From positions 33 through 64,032 of the forward strand of contig JBARZR010000104.1 of NCBI GenBank assembly GCA_049650205.1: a DNA stretch of 64,000 nt. The letters run 5' to 3'. Of this stretch, positions 47,662 through 57,446 are shown one piece after another. The stretch comes from Pacificimonas sp. Lineage in GTDB: Bacteria > Pseudomonadota > Alphaproteobacteria > Sphingomonadales > Sphingomonadaceae. The notes beneath the pieces are model-generated. The model had not been told where the DNA came from and did not search any database. It saw only the letters and a list, made by a program, of their open reading frames with translations. The position numbers were made by a program, and so were the translations under genes. How positions within the stretch are numbered: the stretch's first letter is position 1; the number at the start of each line of letters is the position of its first letter.

Positions 47662-48804
47662 ATGATCCGATCATTTCAGTTCAATTACGGCCCGCGAGTC
47701 GTTTCCGGTCCGGGCAGCGCTGGCGAGATTGACCGCCTCTTACCCGATGGCCCAATCTTGTTCGTGACGGACAGCAATGTCCGCGCTCTCGGTCTGGCGG
47801 ACGCGGTTCTGGCTGGCCTTGGCGCACGTGATGTCGTGATTTTCGACGGGGTCGAAGCTGATCCCAGCGCCGCGACGGTGAACGCGGCGGCGGAGGCCGG
47901 ACGCGATGGGGGCGCGACTGCCGTTATCGGTTTTGGCGGCGGCAGTCCGATGGATGTAGCCAAAACGGCGGGCTATCTGATCGGTAGCGGCGATGCGCTG
48001 GAGGATATCTACGGCGTCGATGTGGCGATGGGCGCGCGCCTGCCGTTGATCCTGGTGCCGACGACGGCGGGTACCGGATCGGAGGCGACGCCGATCGCCA
48101 TCCTGACCGTGGGAGATACGGAAAAGAAGGGCATTGTCTCGCCCGCGCTGTACGCGGACCACGCGGTCCTGGACGCGGATCTGACACTGGGCCTGCCGCG
48201 CCATGTGACGGCGGCGACCGGTATCGACGCGATGGTGCATGCGATCGAGGCCTACACCTCGAAACGCCTGAAAAATCCGCTGTCCGATGCCCTGGCGCGG
48301 GAGGCGCTGCGCATCCTGGCGGCGAACATCCGCACGGCCTGCGACGAACCGGACAACAAGGCCGCGCGCGGGAACATGCTGCTGGGCGCGCATTTGGCGG
48401 GCGTTGCCTTTTCCAATGCGCCCGTTGCCGGTGTCCATGCGCTGGCCTATCCGCTTGGCGGGCATTTCCATGTGCCGCACGGTCTGTCGAACGCGCTGAT
48501 GCTGCCTCATGTGCTGGCGCATAATATGGGCGCGGCGCGGGAACTCTATGCGGAGCTGGCGGTCGAGGTCGATCCGAAGCTGGGCGCGCTCGGCACGCAG
48601 GCGCGGGCGCAGGGCTTCGTCGAGGCATTGCGCGCCATCGCGGCGGATACGGGGCTGAGCCCGCGCCTCACCGATGTCGGTGTGAACGCCGACCACCTTG
48701 ACATGCTGGCCGACGAAGCGATGAAGCAGGAGCGCCTGCTGATCAACAATCCCGCCGATATCAGCCGAGACGATGCGCGAAGATTGTACGAGGCGGCGCT
48801 GTGA
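47662..48804 (+). CDS. Iron-containing (group III) alcohol dehydrogenase family oxidoreductase
   Basis: GFGGGSPMDVAK dinucleotide-binding motif, metal-binding His blocks (IDAMVHAIEAY, GVHALAYPLGGHFHVPHG). Start at ATG 47662. Confidence 0.88.
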   Translation: MIRSFQFNYGPRVVSGPGSAGEIDRLLPDGPILFVTDSNVRALGLADAVLAGLGARDVVIFDGVEADPSAATVNAAAEAGRDGGATAVIGFGGGSPMDVAKTAGYLIGSGDALEDIYGVDVAMGARLPLILVPTTAGTGSEATPIAILTVGDTEKKGIVSPALYADHAVLDADLTLGLPRHVTAATGIDAMVHAIEAYTSKRLKNPLSDALAREALRILAANIRTACDEPDNKAARGNMLLGAHLAGVAFSNAPVAGVHALAYPLGGHFHVPHGLSNALMLPHVLAHNMGAARELYAELAVEVDPKLGALGTQARAQGFVEALRAIAADTGLSPRLTDVGVNADHLDMLADEAMKQERLLINNPADISRDDARRLYEAAL

Positions 48805-49235
48805 GCCGGGATCCGCTTCGCCCGCGGGCAGCCTATCCGGTCTTTCAGGGGATCAACACCCGCTGGTCGGACAATGACGTTTACGGCCATGTGAACAATG
48901 TCGTCTATTATGGCTGGTTCGACACGGCGGTGAACGCGCAGCTGATCGAGGTGGGCCTGCTGAATATCGAAACCGGCCCGATGATCGGCCTGGTGGTGGA
49001 AACGGGCTGCCGCTACGCCGCGCCGCTGTCCTTCCCGCAGAAGATAGAGGCGGGCGTGCGCGTGGCAAAGCTTGGCACGTCCAGCGTGCGCTATGAGGTT
49101 GGTATCTTCGCTGAGAGCGCTGCCGACGCGGCTGCGGAGGGGTTTTTCGTACATGTCTATGTCGACCGCGAAACCCGCCGTCCCGTGCCGCTGCCGGACG
49201 ACTGGCGCGTGGGGCTGACCGCATTGATGATCTGA
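48801..49235 (+). CDS. Acyl-CoA thioesterase, 4HBT (YbgC/FadM-like) hot-dog fold
   Basis: RWSDNDVYGHVNNVVYYGWFD motif. The GTG start overlaps the upstream stop. Confidence 0.8.
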   Translation: MSRDPLRPRAAYPVFQGINTRWSDNDVYGHVNNVVYYGWFDTAVNAQLIEVGLLNIETGPMIGLVVETGCRYAAPLSFPQKIEAGVRVAKLGTSSVRYEVGIFAESAADAAAEGFFVHVYVDRETRRPVPLPDDWRVGLTALMI

Positions 49236-49303
49236 CCGGTTCAGCGAAGGTAAATGCAGTTTCTGCGATCGGCGAACATATTTGTAACGGAGGGCATCCG
49301 ACC

Positions 49304-49870
49304 ATGTTTACAAGCCTGCGCCTGATGCTGATCGCCATATTCCTGTCGACCAGCATCGCCGTCAGTTTCGCATCTCCTGCCGATGCGCACCGCTACCACC
49401 GGCGGCACAAGCATGACGGCTTCGACGTAGGCGATGCGATCGTCGGCGCAGCGGTTCTGGGCGCGATCATCGGCCTTGCCAACGCGGGGAAAAAGAAACG
49501 CGATGAGCGAGTCGGAACGCCGCTCCCGCCCGCGCCCTATCCCGAGGAGCGCTATCCGGACGAACGGGATGACCGCGGCGAGGACGGTTGGAACAGCTCC
49601 AGCGTATGGGCCGACGTCGATCCGGACTATGCGAACCGTTTCCCCTCCGAACGTGCGGCCATCGATGCCTGCGCGCGCGAGGCAGAAACGCTTGGCAGCC
49701 GCTATGGTGCGGATGCGCGTGTGTTGCTGATCGACGATGTCATGCGCGAGGGTCGGGAGACGCGGGTGACGGGAAAGATCGACAACGGCAATGTGGATGA
49801 ACGCGATGACTTCTCACACTTTACCTGTTTCGCCGATGGCGGCCAGGTAACGGCGTTCCGCTTTGGCTAG
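49304..49870 (+). CDS. Hypothetical secreted/membrane-anchored protein with His-rich segment
   Basis: Signal-like MFTSLRLMLIAIFLSTSIAVSFASPADA, then HRYHRRHKHDG, a glycine-zipper hydrophobic segment AIVGAAVLGAIIGLANAG, a charged linker and a Cys-containing C-terminal domain. Confidence 0.55.
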   Translation: MFTSLRLMLIAIFLSTSIAVSFASPADAHRYHRRHKHDGFDVGDAIVGAAVLGAIIGLANAGKKKRDERVGTPLPPAPYPEERYPDERDDRGEDGWNSSSVWADVDPDYANRFPSERAAIDACAREAETLGSRYGADARVLLIDDVMREGRETRVTGKIDNGNVDERDDFSHFTCFADGGQVTAFRFG

Positions 49871-49918
49871 ACCGCCCGCGCTAGACAGAATCCTGCCTTC
49901 CGCGTAACGCCCACGCGC

Positions 49919-51478
49919 ATGAGCGTCACACCCACGGAAACCATCCTCGTCGTCGATTTCGGCAGCCAGGTCACGCAGCTGATCGCCCGCCGGGTCAGGG
50001 AGGCGGGCGTTTATTCCGAGATCGCGCCCTTCTCGAAGGCGGAAGAGGCGTTCGAGCGATTGAATCCAAAAGGGATCATCCTTTCGGGCGGCCCGGACAG
50101 CGTGACGAATATCGACGCGCCGGGCATTCCGCAGAACTTCCTGACGGCGGGCGTGCCGATATTCGGCATCTGCTATGGCCAGCAGGTCATGGTGAACCAG
50201 CTTGGCGGGACAGTCAAGAACGCCGACATGGGCGAATTTGGACGAGCCTTCATCGATGTCGAAAAACCCTGCGCGCTGTTCGATGGCTTGTGGCAGCCCG
50301 GCGAGCGGCACCAGGTCTGGATGAGCCATGGCGACAAGGTCGATAACCTGCCCGACGGCTTCGACATCGTCGCCCATTCGGACGGCGCGCCCTTCGCCGT
50401 CATCGCCGACGAGGCGCGGAAATTCTATGGCGTGCAGTTTCATCCGGAGGTCGTGCATACGCCCGACGGCGGCAAGCTGATCGCCAATTTCGCGCGGCAT
50501 GTCTGCTCGATATCCGAAGAATGGACGATGGCGGAGTTCCGCGACCAGAAGATCGCCGAAATCCGCGAACAGGTCGGCGACCGGAAGGTCATTTGCGGCC
50601 TGTCCGGCGGCGTTGACTCTTCCGTCGCCGCCGTCCTGATCCACGAAGCCATCGGCGACCAGCTGACCTGCGTATTCGTCGACCATGGCCTGCTGCGCCA
50701 GGGCGAGGCCGAGCAGGTCGTCAGCCTGTTCCGCGGCCATTATGACATGCCGCTGGTGCATGTGGATGCCGAGGATCGCTTTCTGAAAGGACTGGCTGGC
50801 GTCAGCGATCCGGAAAAAAAGCGTAAGTTCATCGGCGCGACCTTTATCGACGTATTCGACGAAGAGGCGGAAAAGATTGGCGGCGCGGATTTTCTGGCGC
50901 AGGGCACGCTTTATCCCGACGTGATCGAGAGTGTCAGTTTTACGGGCGGACCATCCGTGACCATCAAGTCGCATCACAATGTCGGCGGCCTCCCCGAGCG
51001 TATGAAGATGGAGCTGGTCGAACCCCTGCGCGAGCTGTTCAAGGACGAGGTTCGCGACCTGGGCCGCGAACTTGGACTGCCGGAGCCGTTCGTTGGCCGG
51101 CACCCCTTTCCCGGTCCCGGCCTCGCCATCCGCATTCCGGGCGAAGTCACCAAGGAAGCCTGCGATATTCTGCGCAAGGCCGACGCCATCTACCTCGACG
51201 AGATCCGCAAGGCGGGCCTTTACGACGCCATCTGGCAGGCGTTCGCCGTCCTCCTCCCCGTGCGCACGGTCGGCGTCATGGGCGATCACCGCACCTATGA
51301 CCGCGTCTGCGGCCTGCGCGCCGTCACCAGCACCGATGGTATGACGGCGGATGTCTATCCGTTTGCGAGCGAGTTCCTGTCGAACGTCGCGACGAGGATT
51401 GTTAACGAGGTGAAGGGCATCAACCGTGTGGTGTATGACTATACATCGAAACCGCCGGGTACGATCGAGTGGGAGTAG
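49919..51478 (+). CDS. guaA: GMP synthase (glutamine-hydrolysing)
   Basis: 519 aa. GATase ICYGQQ, PP-loop SGGVDSSV, C-terminal KPPGTIEWE. Confidence 0.98.
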   Translation: MSVTPTETILVVDFGSQVTQLIARRVREAGVYSEIAPFSKAEEAFERLNPKGIILSGGPDSVTNIDAPGIPQNFLTAGVPIFGICYGQQVMVNQLGGTVKNADMGEFGRAFIDVEKPCALFDGLWQPGERHQVWMSHGDKVDNLPDGFDIVAHSDGAPFAVIADEARKFYGVQFHPEVVHTPDGGKLIANFARHVCSISEEWTMAEFRDQKIAEIREQVGDRKVICGLSGGVDSSVAAVLIHEAIGDQLTCVFVDHGLLRQGEAEQVVSLFRGHYDMPLVHVDAEDRFLKGLAGVSDPEKKRKFIGATFIDVFDEEAEKIGGADFLAQGTLYPDVIESVSFTGGPSVTIKSHHNVGGLPERMKMELVEPLRELFKDEVRDLGRELGLPEPFVGRHPFPGPGLAIRIPGEVTKEACDILRKADAIYLDEIRKAGLYDAIWQAFAVLLPVRTVGVMGDHRTYDRVCGLRAVTSTDGMTADVYPFASEFLSNVATRIVNEVKGINRVVYDYTSKPPGTIEWE

Positions 51479-52002
51479 CGAGGCCTCTATCGGGTAACCG
51501 AAAGCTGGCTAGTTTAGTGGTGGCCTCCTTGGTCGCTTGGGCGGTCTATACCACCGCTGCCTATATAGAAGCGTTTGTCATTTCCGGGGTTTCAGAAGCG
51601 AAACCTAGTTTGCTTACCCATGTGCTGTTCTATACCGTATTTGGGCTCCCGCTGGCTATCTTCACATGTTTGTTGATTGGCTTTCCGGTATGGGCAATCA
51701 GCGAACGACGTGGCCTTTCTTCTAAGCGCGACGCAATAAAGGTCGGAGCTGTTTTTGGCGCAATCTTGTGCTTCGTCGTCATGTTTATACAGCGATTGAT
51801 GGGGTTGCGCGAGTATCTTGATGATAGCTTTCGTAGCCAATGGGGTGGTGGAGCCTATATCGTGTCAATTGATGGCTTGCTGACGCCTTACGGGTGGTTT
51901 CTCGAGATTATAGACGTTGCTGTCTTCCTGTGCGCTGGAGCGTTGGCCGGTTACGCAGCTTGGAAGGTTTCAGGGCTGGGTCGCACTATGCGGAACAACT
52001 GA
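51469..52002 (+). CDS. Small integral membrane protein, low GC (unassigned)
   Basis: About 4 hydrophobic helices. About 51% G+C by hand count, against about 65% in the flanks. The start is uncertain: GTG 51469 overlaps the guaA end, and GTG 51517 is an alternative. Confidence 0.5.
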   Translation: MGVARPLSGNRKLASLVVASLVAWAVYTTAAYIEAFVISGVSEAKPSLLTHVLFYTVFGLPLAIFTCLLIGFPVWAISERRGLSSKRDAIKVGAVFGAILCFVVMFIQRLMGLREYLDDSFRSQWGGGAYIVSIDGLLTPYGWFLEIIDVAVFLCAGALAGYAAWKVSGLGRTMRNN

Positions 52003-52029
52003 ACTTATGGACTTGTTAGCCGCCGGAGT

Positions 52030-52749
52030 TTGGTGATCGGAAACGCTCAACTCCCCCTAGGTTCCGACCCGCGCACGGAACGCCTGCGCCGCCTGCAACC
52101 GCTGCTGATCCAGCGGTTCGGACATATCGAACGCGCTGTGCGCGCACGGCGGGAGCCGGAGTGGGTGCTGGTGCAAGGGGTGATCGGTGCGCGGACGCAT
52201 TCGGATGTGTCGAACGCGGCGACGGAGAGGCTGCTGGCGCGCTACGGCGGCTGGGACGCGGTGGCCAAGGCGCCGCTGGGTGAACTTCAGGATGAACTCA
52301 AGACGCAGACCTATCCCAACATGGCGGCGGAGCGGCTGAAATCCTGTTTGGAGGCTCTGGTCGAAGCGCGTGGCAAAGCCGACCTGTCCCACCTTGAAGG
52401 CATGACGACACCCGCCGCGATGAACTGGCTGGAGACGCTGCCGGGTGTCGGGCGCAAAATCGCGGCGGGCGTGGTCAACGCCAGCACGCTCGGCCGGAAG
52501 GCGATGGTGCTGGACAGTCATCACCGGCGCATCCTCCAGCGTATGGGACTGGTGCCGCCCAAAGCCGACACGGCCCGCGCCTATGCCGCGCTGGAGCCGA
52601 TCCTTCCTGAAGAGTGGACGGCGGCCGACTATAACGAGCATCACCTTCTGATGAAGGAAGTCGGGCGGAATTACTGTCGTCCGTCGCGCATGGATTGCGC
52701 GAATTGCCCGGCGCAGGCGCAATGCGATACGGGGCGGGCGACGGCTTGA
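52030..52749 (+). CDS. Endonuclease III-like HhH-GPD family protein (paralogue 1)
   Basis: HhH element LETLPGVGRKIAAGV and 4Fe-4S loop C-x6-C-x2-C-x5-C (CRPSRMDCANCPAQAQC). Coordinates taken from the ORF track. Confidence 0.7.
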   Translation: MVIGNAQLPLGSDPRTERLRRLQPLLIQRFGHIERAVRARREPEWVLVQGVIGARTHSDVSNAATERLLARYGGWDAVAKAPLGELQDELKTQTYPNMAAERLKSCLEALVEARGKADLSHLEGMTTPAAMNWLETLPGVGRKIAAGVVNASTLGRKAMVLDSHHRRILQRMGLVPPKADTARAYAALEPILPEEWTAADYNEHHLLMKEVGRNYCRPSRMDCANCPAQAQCDTGRATA

Positions 52750-52767
52750 CCAAGGCGCTTGGTCAAG
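52745..52767. promoter_or_regulatory. Perfect inverted repeat upstream of the antitoxin gene (putative TA operator/promoter)
   Basis: CTTGACCAAG-gcg-CTTGGTCAAG lies 13 nt upstream of ATG 52780 and contains a TTGACC -35-like hexamer. Confidence 0.5.
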
Positions 52768-52779
52768 TTAATTTGCGGT

Positions 52780-53076
52780 ATGGCTATAAGCGTGAACGTC
52801 GGCGAAGCGAAGGCGCGGTTTTCCGAGCTCTTGAATGCCGCGCTGGATGGACAGGATGTCGTTGTGATGAAGGCGGGTGAACCTCAGATCAGGTTTCTTG
52901 CGATCGCCGAAGCGTCGGAAAAAAAACGGCTCGCCGTCGAGGCGCGTCGGCGCGCGTTATACGGTCGTCATAAAGGCAAATTTTCGGAAGCACGTCTGAC
53001 CGTTCCAGGCGAGATAAGCGATGACGATCTCGATGAGCGGTTCGAGAGGAAATTCGGTCATCCGCCTGCTGCTTGA
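52780..53076 (+). CDS. Type II antitoxin, Phd/YefM-like
   Basis: MAISVNVGEAKARFSELLNAALDGQDVVVMKAGEP is a typical Phd/prevent-host-death N-terminus. It overlaps the downstream PIN gene. Confidence 0.75.
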   Translation: MAISVNVGEAKARFSELLNAALDGQDVVVMKAGEPQIRFLAIAEASEKKRLAVEARRRALYGRHKGKFSEARLTVPGEISDDDLDERFERKFGHPPAA

Positions 53077-53437
53077 TACGCAGATACTGGTCTGGTTTCC
53101 GGTTGCGGACCGGCGTCTGAAGCGTCCGGTTGTCGATGCGATCATTTCCGCCGACAATGAACTGTTCGTAAGTGCGATCGTCGCCTGGGAATATTCCGAT
53201 CTGAGGCGGCGCGACAGGATTGATGCGCTGGACGACATCGAAGAGTTGCAGAACATGCTCGGTTTCACGCTTCTCGACCTTCCCGGTGATGTCTGGAGAG
53301 ATCTGGATGACCTACCCACCATTCATCGTGATCCGGCAGACCGGATGTTAATTTCGCATGCAAGGCTGACCGGACTTACGCTCGTGACAAGCGATGCGAC
53401 GATCCGGAAATATCCAGTTGAAAGTTTCTGGTTGTGA
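53033..53437 (+). CDS. vapC: Type II toxin VapC (PIN-domain ribonuclease)
   Basis: PIN acidic residues sit in LLLDTQ, AWEYSD, DPADRML and VTSDATI. The start could be ATG 53021 or ATG 53033. Confidence 0.8.
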   Translation: MSGSRGNSVIRLLLDTQILVWFPVADRRLKRPVVDAIISADNELFVSAIVAWEYSDLRRRDRIDALDDIEELQNMLGFTLLDLPGDVWRDLDDLPTIHRDPADRMLISHARLTGLTLVTSDATIRKYPVESFWL

Positions 53438-54114
53438 CGCAGTCCAATGCCACAGGTGAACTCCCGCCCGCCGATATCGAAACCATGTTCCGCCGCCTGT
53501 CCGATGCCATGCCGGGCAACTGGCGCGGCGAGGGTGGCGGCGCGAAGGGGCCGAAAGGGCAGCCGGACGCGTTCCGGTCCTGCATCGCTTGTATGTTGTC
53601 GGCGCAATCGCTCGATTCCAATACGGCGAAGGCGACGAAGGCGTTGTTCGCGCTCGCGAAGACGCCAGAGGAAATGCTGGAACTGAGTAATGAGGCCTTG
53701 ATCGACGCCATTCGTCCGGCAGGGCTTTACAACAACAAGGCGAAGTCGATCCGCAAATTCTGCGCGGCGTTGATCGAGCGGGACGGGGTCGTACCGGAAA
53801 CGCGCGCGGGCCTGCTGGAGATGCCGGGCATAGGTCGCAAATGCGCCGATATCGTCATGAGCTTCACATTCGGTGCGGACGTCATCGCGGTCGATACGCA
53901 TGTGGGCCGCGTCTGCAACCGGACTGGACTCGCGCCTGCGAAGACCGAAGCGAAGGTCGCCGAACGCCTGGACGCGCGCGCGCCCGGCTGGGCGAAGGCG
54001 GAGGGGCATTTCTGGCTGATCCAGTTCGGCAAGAAAGTCTGCACCAGCCGTAGCCCGAAATGCGGCGACTGCTTCCTGAACGACATTTGCCTGTGGCCGG
54101 ATAAAACGGCCTAG
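53434..54114 (+). CDS. nth: Endonuclease III (HhH-GPD, 4Fe-4S) (paralogue 2)
   Basis: LLEMPGIGRKCADIVM HhH element, VDTHVGRV, and Fe-S loop CTSRSPKCGDCFLNDIC. GTG 53434 overlaps the vapC stop; ATG 53482 is an alternative start. Confidence 0.82.
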   Translation: MTQSNATGELPPADIETMFRRLSDAMPGNWRGEGGGAKGPKGQPDAFRSCIACMLSAQSLDSNTAKATKALFALAKTPEEMLELSNEALIDAIRPAGLYNNKAKSIRKFCAALIERDGVVPETRAGLLEMPGIGRKCADIVMSFTFGADVIAVDTHVGRVCNRTGLAPAKTEAKVAERLDARAPGWAKAEGHFWLIQFGKKVCTSRSPKCGDCFLNDICLWPDKTA

Positions 54115-54455
54115 CGTCCCGCGCGCTTTCGATGGGAGGCGCGGTGGGTGTCGCGGATCTCGACGGTGATTTCCGTTTCGTCCGGCATGGCGCTTATGCC
54201 CGCGTCTAGCAACGCATCGGCCAGCGCCGCCTTTTCCGCATCACCGCGCCCATGCATCATGGCGAGCGACAGATGCAGGAACGGGCGGATTTCACCGCCG
54301 ACCAGATAGCTGTGAAAGCCCTGCGCGCGCAGCTTCACATTCGCGGCATCGATACTGTCATTGTCGGTGCAGGCGGCCATCAGGGCGGTGAATAGCGCCG
54401 GAATGGCATTGCGGGTTTCGACATCCTTCGAATGTTCGGCGATCAGATGGGGCAT
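54111..54455 (-). CDS. 5-carboxymethyl-2-hydroxymuconate isomerase family (tautomerase superfamily) protein
   Basis: Starts MPHLIAEHS (Pro-1 after Met removal), about 114 aa. Start at ATG 54455 within ORF 54111..54554. Confidence 0.7.
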   Translation of the reverse strand: MPHLIAEHSKDVETRNAIPALFTALMAACTDNDSIDAANVKLRAQGFHSYLVGGEIRPFLHLSLAMMHGRGDAEKAALADALLDAGISAMPDETEITVEIRDTHRASHRKRAGR

Positions 54456-54532
54456 CGCTTGGCATATTAGCTTGGAAGCGCGGTTCTGACAACCTAGACG
54501 CACCTGATCCGTCAGATATCGAGGCTCGCTCC

Positions 54533-55702
54533 ATGCCCATGCGCCCCACCGCAAAAATCCTGCTGCTTGGATCGGGCGAACTGGGCCGGGAATTCGTGAT
54601 TTCGGCCAAGCGGCTCGGCTGTCATGTCGTCGCCTGCGACAGCTACGCGGATGCGCCCGCCATGCAGGTAGCGGACCAGCCGGAAGTCTTCTCCATGCTG
54701 GACGGCGCGGCGCTCGGCGCGGTGATCGAGCGGTATCGGCCCGACTATATCGTCCCGGAAATCGAGGCGATCCGGACTGAGGTTCTGGCGGATTATGAAG
54801 CGCAGGGCTTCACCGTCGTGCCCTCTGCGCGGGCGGCGCAGCTGACCATGAACCGCGATGCGATCCGGGATCTGGCGGCGGGCGAGCTGGGGCTGGTCAC
54901 GTCACCCTATCGCTATGCCGAAAGCCTTGAAGAGTTGCATGTGGCCGCGGATGCGGTTGGGCTGCCGCTGGTCGTGAAGCCGGTCATGTCGTCGTCGGGC
55001 AAGGGGCAAAGCACAGTTCGCGCGGTGGCGGATATCGATGTCGCCTGGGACCATGCCGCAGCCGGAATGCGCGGGGACCGGGTGCGGATGATCGCGGAGG
55101 GTTTCGTCGATTTCGATTACGAGATCACGCTGCTGACCGTTCGCACGAAGGACGGTGTGAGCTTCTGCGCACCCATCGGCCACCGGCAGGAGCGCGGTGA
55201 CTATCGCGAGAGCTGGCAGCCCGCCGCCATGACGGACGCGGCGCTGGCAAAGGCACAGGACATGGCGCGAAAAGTCGTCGACGCGCTGGGTGGGAAGGGG
55301 CTGTTCGGTGTCGAGTTCTTCGTGAAGGGTGACGAGGTCATCTTTTCCGAGCTAAGCCCGCGGCCGCACGACACGGGAATGGTGACCCTGATCAGCCAGG
55401 ATCTAAATGAATTCGACCTGCACATCCGCGCCCTATTGGGGCTTCCTTTTGGGGACATCGGCTTGCGGGGACCATCGGCGAGCGCGGTCATTCTGGCGGA
55501 TCGGGACAGCGAGGATTTCCGTATCACTGGTCTGAAAGCGGTACTGGCGATCGCCGATATACGCATTTTCGGCAAGCCCGCCACACGCCCCTGGCGGCGG
55601 ATGGGCGTTGCGCTTGCCCGTGGTGAGAGCATTGAGGAAGCGCGGGCTTCCGCGGCTGCGGCCGCTGCCAGTATCAGCATCGAATATGGAGACGGGACGT
55701 GA
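54533..55702 (+). CDS. purT: Formate-dependent phosphoribosylglycinamide formyltransferase (GAR transformylase 2)
   Basis: 389 aa. [25 protein letters not shown]-grasp fold. Confidence 0.94.
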   Translation: MPMRPTAKILLLGSGELGREFVISAKRLGCHVVACDSYADAPAMQVADQPEVFSMLDGAALGAVIERYRPDYIVPEIEAIRTEVLADYEAQGFTVVPSARAAQLTMNRDAIRDLAAGELGLVTSPYRYAESLEELHVAADAVGLPLVVKPVMSSSGKGQSTVRAVADIDVAWDHAAAGMRGDRVRMIAEGFVDFDYEITLLTVRTKDGVSFCAPIGHRQERGDYRESWQPAAMTDAALAKAQDMARKVVDALGGKGLFGVEFFVKGDEVIFSELSPRPHDTGMVTLISQDLNEFDLHIRALLGLPFGDIGLRGPSASAVILADRDSEDFRITGLKAVLAIADIRIFGKPATRPWRRMGVALARGESIEEARASAAAAAASISIEYGDGT

Positions 55703-56046
55703 CGACGTTATACGGCATTCCGAATTGCGACACGGTGAAGACGGCGCGCAAATGGCTTGATGCGGCGGGCACGGATTATGGCTTTCACGATTACAAAAAG
55801 GCGGGCGCGAATGCGGCGCGGCTGTCCGGCTGGGCGGACCGGGTCGGCTGGGAGGTTCTGCTGAACAAGCGCGGTACGACCTGGCGCAAGCTGTCCGATG
55901 CGGACAAGGCGGACATTGATCAGGGGAAGGCGGTGCGGTTGATGGCGGACAATGCGAGCCTGATAAAGCGACCCATCGTTGAACATGGTGACGCACTGCT
56001 GGTCGGTTTCGATGAGGCGGAATGGGCGGCGGCAGGTTTGGGATAG
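55699..56046 (+). CDS. ArsC/Spx/MgsR-family protein (YffB-like)
   Basis: [19 protein letters not shown]-terminus, 115 aa. The GTG start overlaps the purT stop. Confidence 0.85.
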   Translation: MTTLYGIPNCDTVKTARKWLDAAGTDYGFHDYKKAGANAARLSGWADRVGWEVLLNKRGTTWRKLSDADKADIDQGKAVRLMADNASLIKRPIVEHGDALLVGFDEAEWAAAGLG

Positions 56047-56055
56047 GTCGCTCCC

Positions 56056-56580
56056 GTGCCGACGATCATGTCTCATGCCGCCCTGCCCATCGCGGCGCGG
56101 CTTGGTCTGGGTAAGGATGTGGTGCCGCGGCGACTGCTGGCCGCCGGAATGGCCCTGGCGATGCTGCCGGATGCGGATGTCGTGGGCTTCGCCTTCGGTG
56201 TCGATTATGCAGACAATCTGGGCCATCGCGGGCTGACGCACAGTCTTCTGTTCGCCGCGATTGCCGCGTTGCCGGTGTCATTGCTGCTACGGACGCGGAG
56301 TCGGGCCTTTGCCTGGGCCTATCTGTTCTTCTGCGGCGCGTCGCACGGGCTGCTCGACATCTTCACCGATGGCGGGCTTGGCGTGGCGCTGCTGTGGCCG
56401 TTCGACGATAGCCGTCTGTTCGCGTCGGTCCGGCCCATCGCGGTGTCGCCAATTGGCATATCGGCTTTCCTGAGTGCGCGCGGATGGCAAGTGCTGCTAT
56501 CGGAACTGGCCTGGATCTGGTCGCCGTTCATGTCGGTGGGTCTGCTTATCATGGTTGCGCGCCGGCGCGCGAGAGAATGA
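56056..56580 (+). CDS. Membrane-bound metal-dependent hydrolase, YdjM family
   Basis: HRGLTHSLLF motif and multiple TM segments. 174 aa. Confidence 0.72.
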   Translation: MPTIMSHAALPIAARLGLGKDVVPRRLLAAGMALAMLPDADVVGFAFGVDYADNLGHRGLTHSLLFAAIAALPVSLLLRTRSRAFAWAYLFFCGASHGLLDIFTDGGLGVALLWPFDDSRLFASVRPIAVSPIGISAFLSARGWQVLLSELAWIWSPFMSVGLLIMVARRRARE

Positions 56581-57437
56581 CGTCCGCAACGCTCGCCATT
56601 TGCCTGGGGCTGTTTTCGGCGCTCACGCTGGCGGCGGCGAATCTGAGCGTGAAAATGGGCGGGGACATTCTCGTTTCACGCTCGATCCTGCAGCTCAGCG
56701 CCGCAATCCTGATTCTGCCCGCGCTGTTCTTCGTCCCGGCACCGGACGCGGCGACCTGGCGGGCCCTGGCGATCGCCGTTCCGATGCACTTCCTATATCA
56801 GTTGGCGCTGATCGGGGCGCTGAAACATGGCGATCTGTCGCTGGTATTTCCCGTCATGCGCGGCGGGGCACCGCTGCTGACCGGCGCTCTGGCGTGGTTG
56901 ATTCTGGGAGAGGCACTATCGTCTTCCGCCATTGCGGGCCTGGTGCTGGCAACGCTGGCCGTCATCTGGTTCGCGTTTCCGGCCAAGGGAAATCTGACTG
57001 CCGCGCATCCGGACGCGCGGGCGCTGGGCTTCGCTGGGCTGACCGCGTGCCTGATCGCCGGATATAATGTGACCGATGCCTGGGGCGTGCGGCTGGCGGT
57101 GTCGCCATTCACCTTCATCGGCTGGCTGTTTCTGCTGGATTGCGTCGGCGTCACGCCGCTCGCGATCCTGAAGCGGCGGGGACGCTATCTGGCCTTGTTC
57201 AGGCAGAAATGGCGTTTCGGTGTCGTGGGCGGTGCGCTGTCGATTCTGAGTTACGGTGCGGCGCTTTACGCCTTCACGCTGGTCGAGGCGGCGCGTGTGT
57301 CGGCGATCCGGGAAACGGCAGTGGTGTTCGCGGCACTGTTCGGCGCGTTCATACTGAAGGAAGGACTGGGGCCGCGCCGGATCGTCGCCGCCATGATTCT
57401 GGCCGCCGGTCTCGCGCTGCTGCAATTCGCGCGTTAG
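56577..57437 (+). CDS. EamA/DMT-superfamily transporter
   Basis: About 10 TM helices in two EamA-like halves. ATG 56577 overlaps the upstream stop (ATGA), within ORF 56484..57437. Confidence 0.8.
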   Translation: MTSATLAICLGLFSALTLAAANLSVKMGGDILVSRSILQLSAAILILPALFFVPAPDAATWRALAIAVPMHFLYQLALIGALKHGDLSLVFPVMRGGAPLLTGALAWLILGEALSSSAIAGLVLATLAVIWFAFPAKGNLTAAHPDARALGFAGLTACLIAGYNVTDAWGVRLAVSPFTFIGWLFLLDCVGVTPLAILKRRGRYLALFRQKWRFGVVGGALSILSYGAALYAFTLVEAARVSAIRETAVVFAALFGAFILKEGLGPRRIVAAMILAAGLALLQFAR

Positions 57438-57446
57438 GAAGGCGTC

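Noticed and set aside
47740-51289. Minus-strand ORFs opposite the Fe-ADH gene and guaA (318 aa and 491 aa), with similar ones at 56916..58346 and 58090..59004.
   Set aside because: The same reasoning applies: they are antisense shadows of recognisable genes.
52029-52081. Apparent one-base discrepancy, suggesting a possible frameshift, when I hand-indexed the start of the first HhH-GPD gene.
   Set aside because: The ORF track gives an uninterrupted 239-aa frame (52030..52749) and the neighbouring minus-strand ORF boundaries agree with it. My manual character count is the likelier error.
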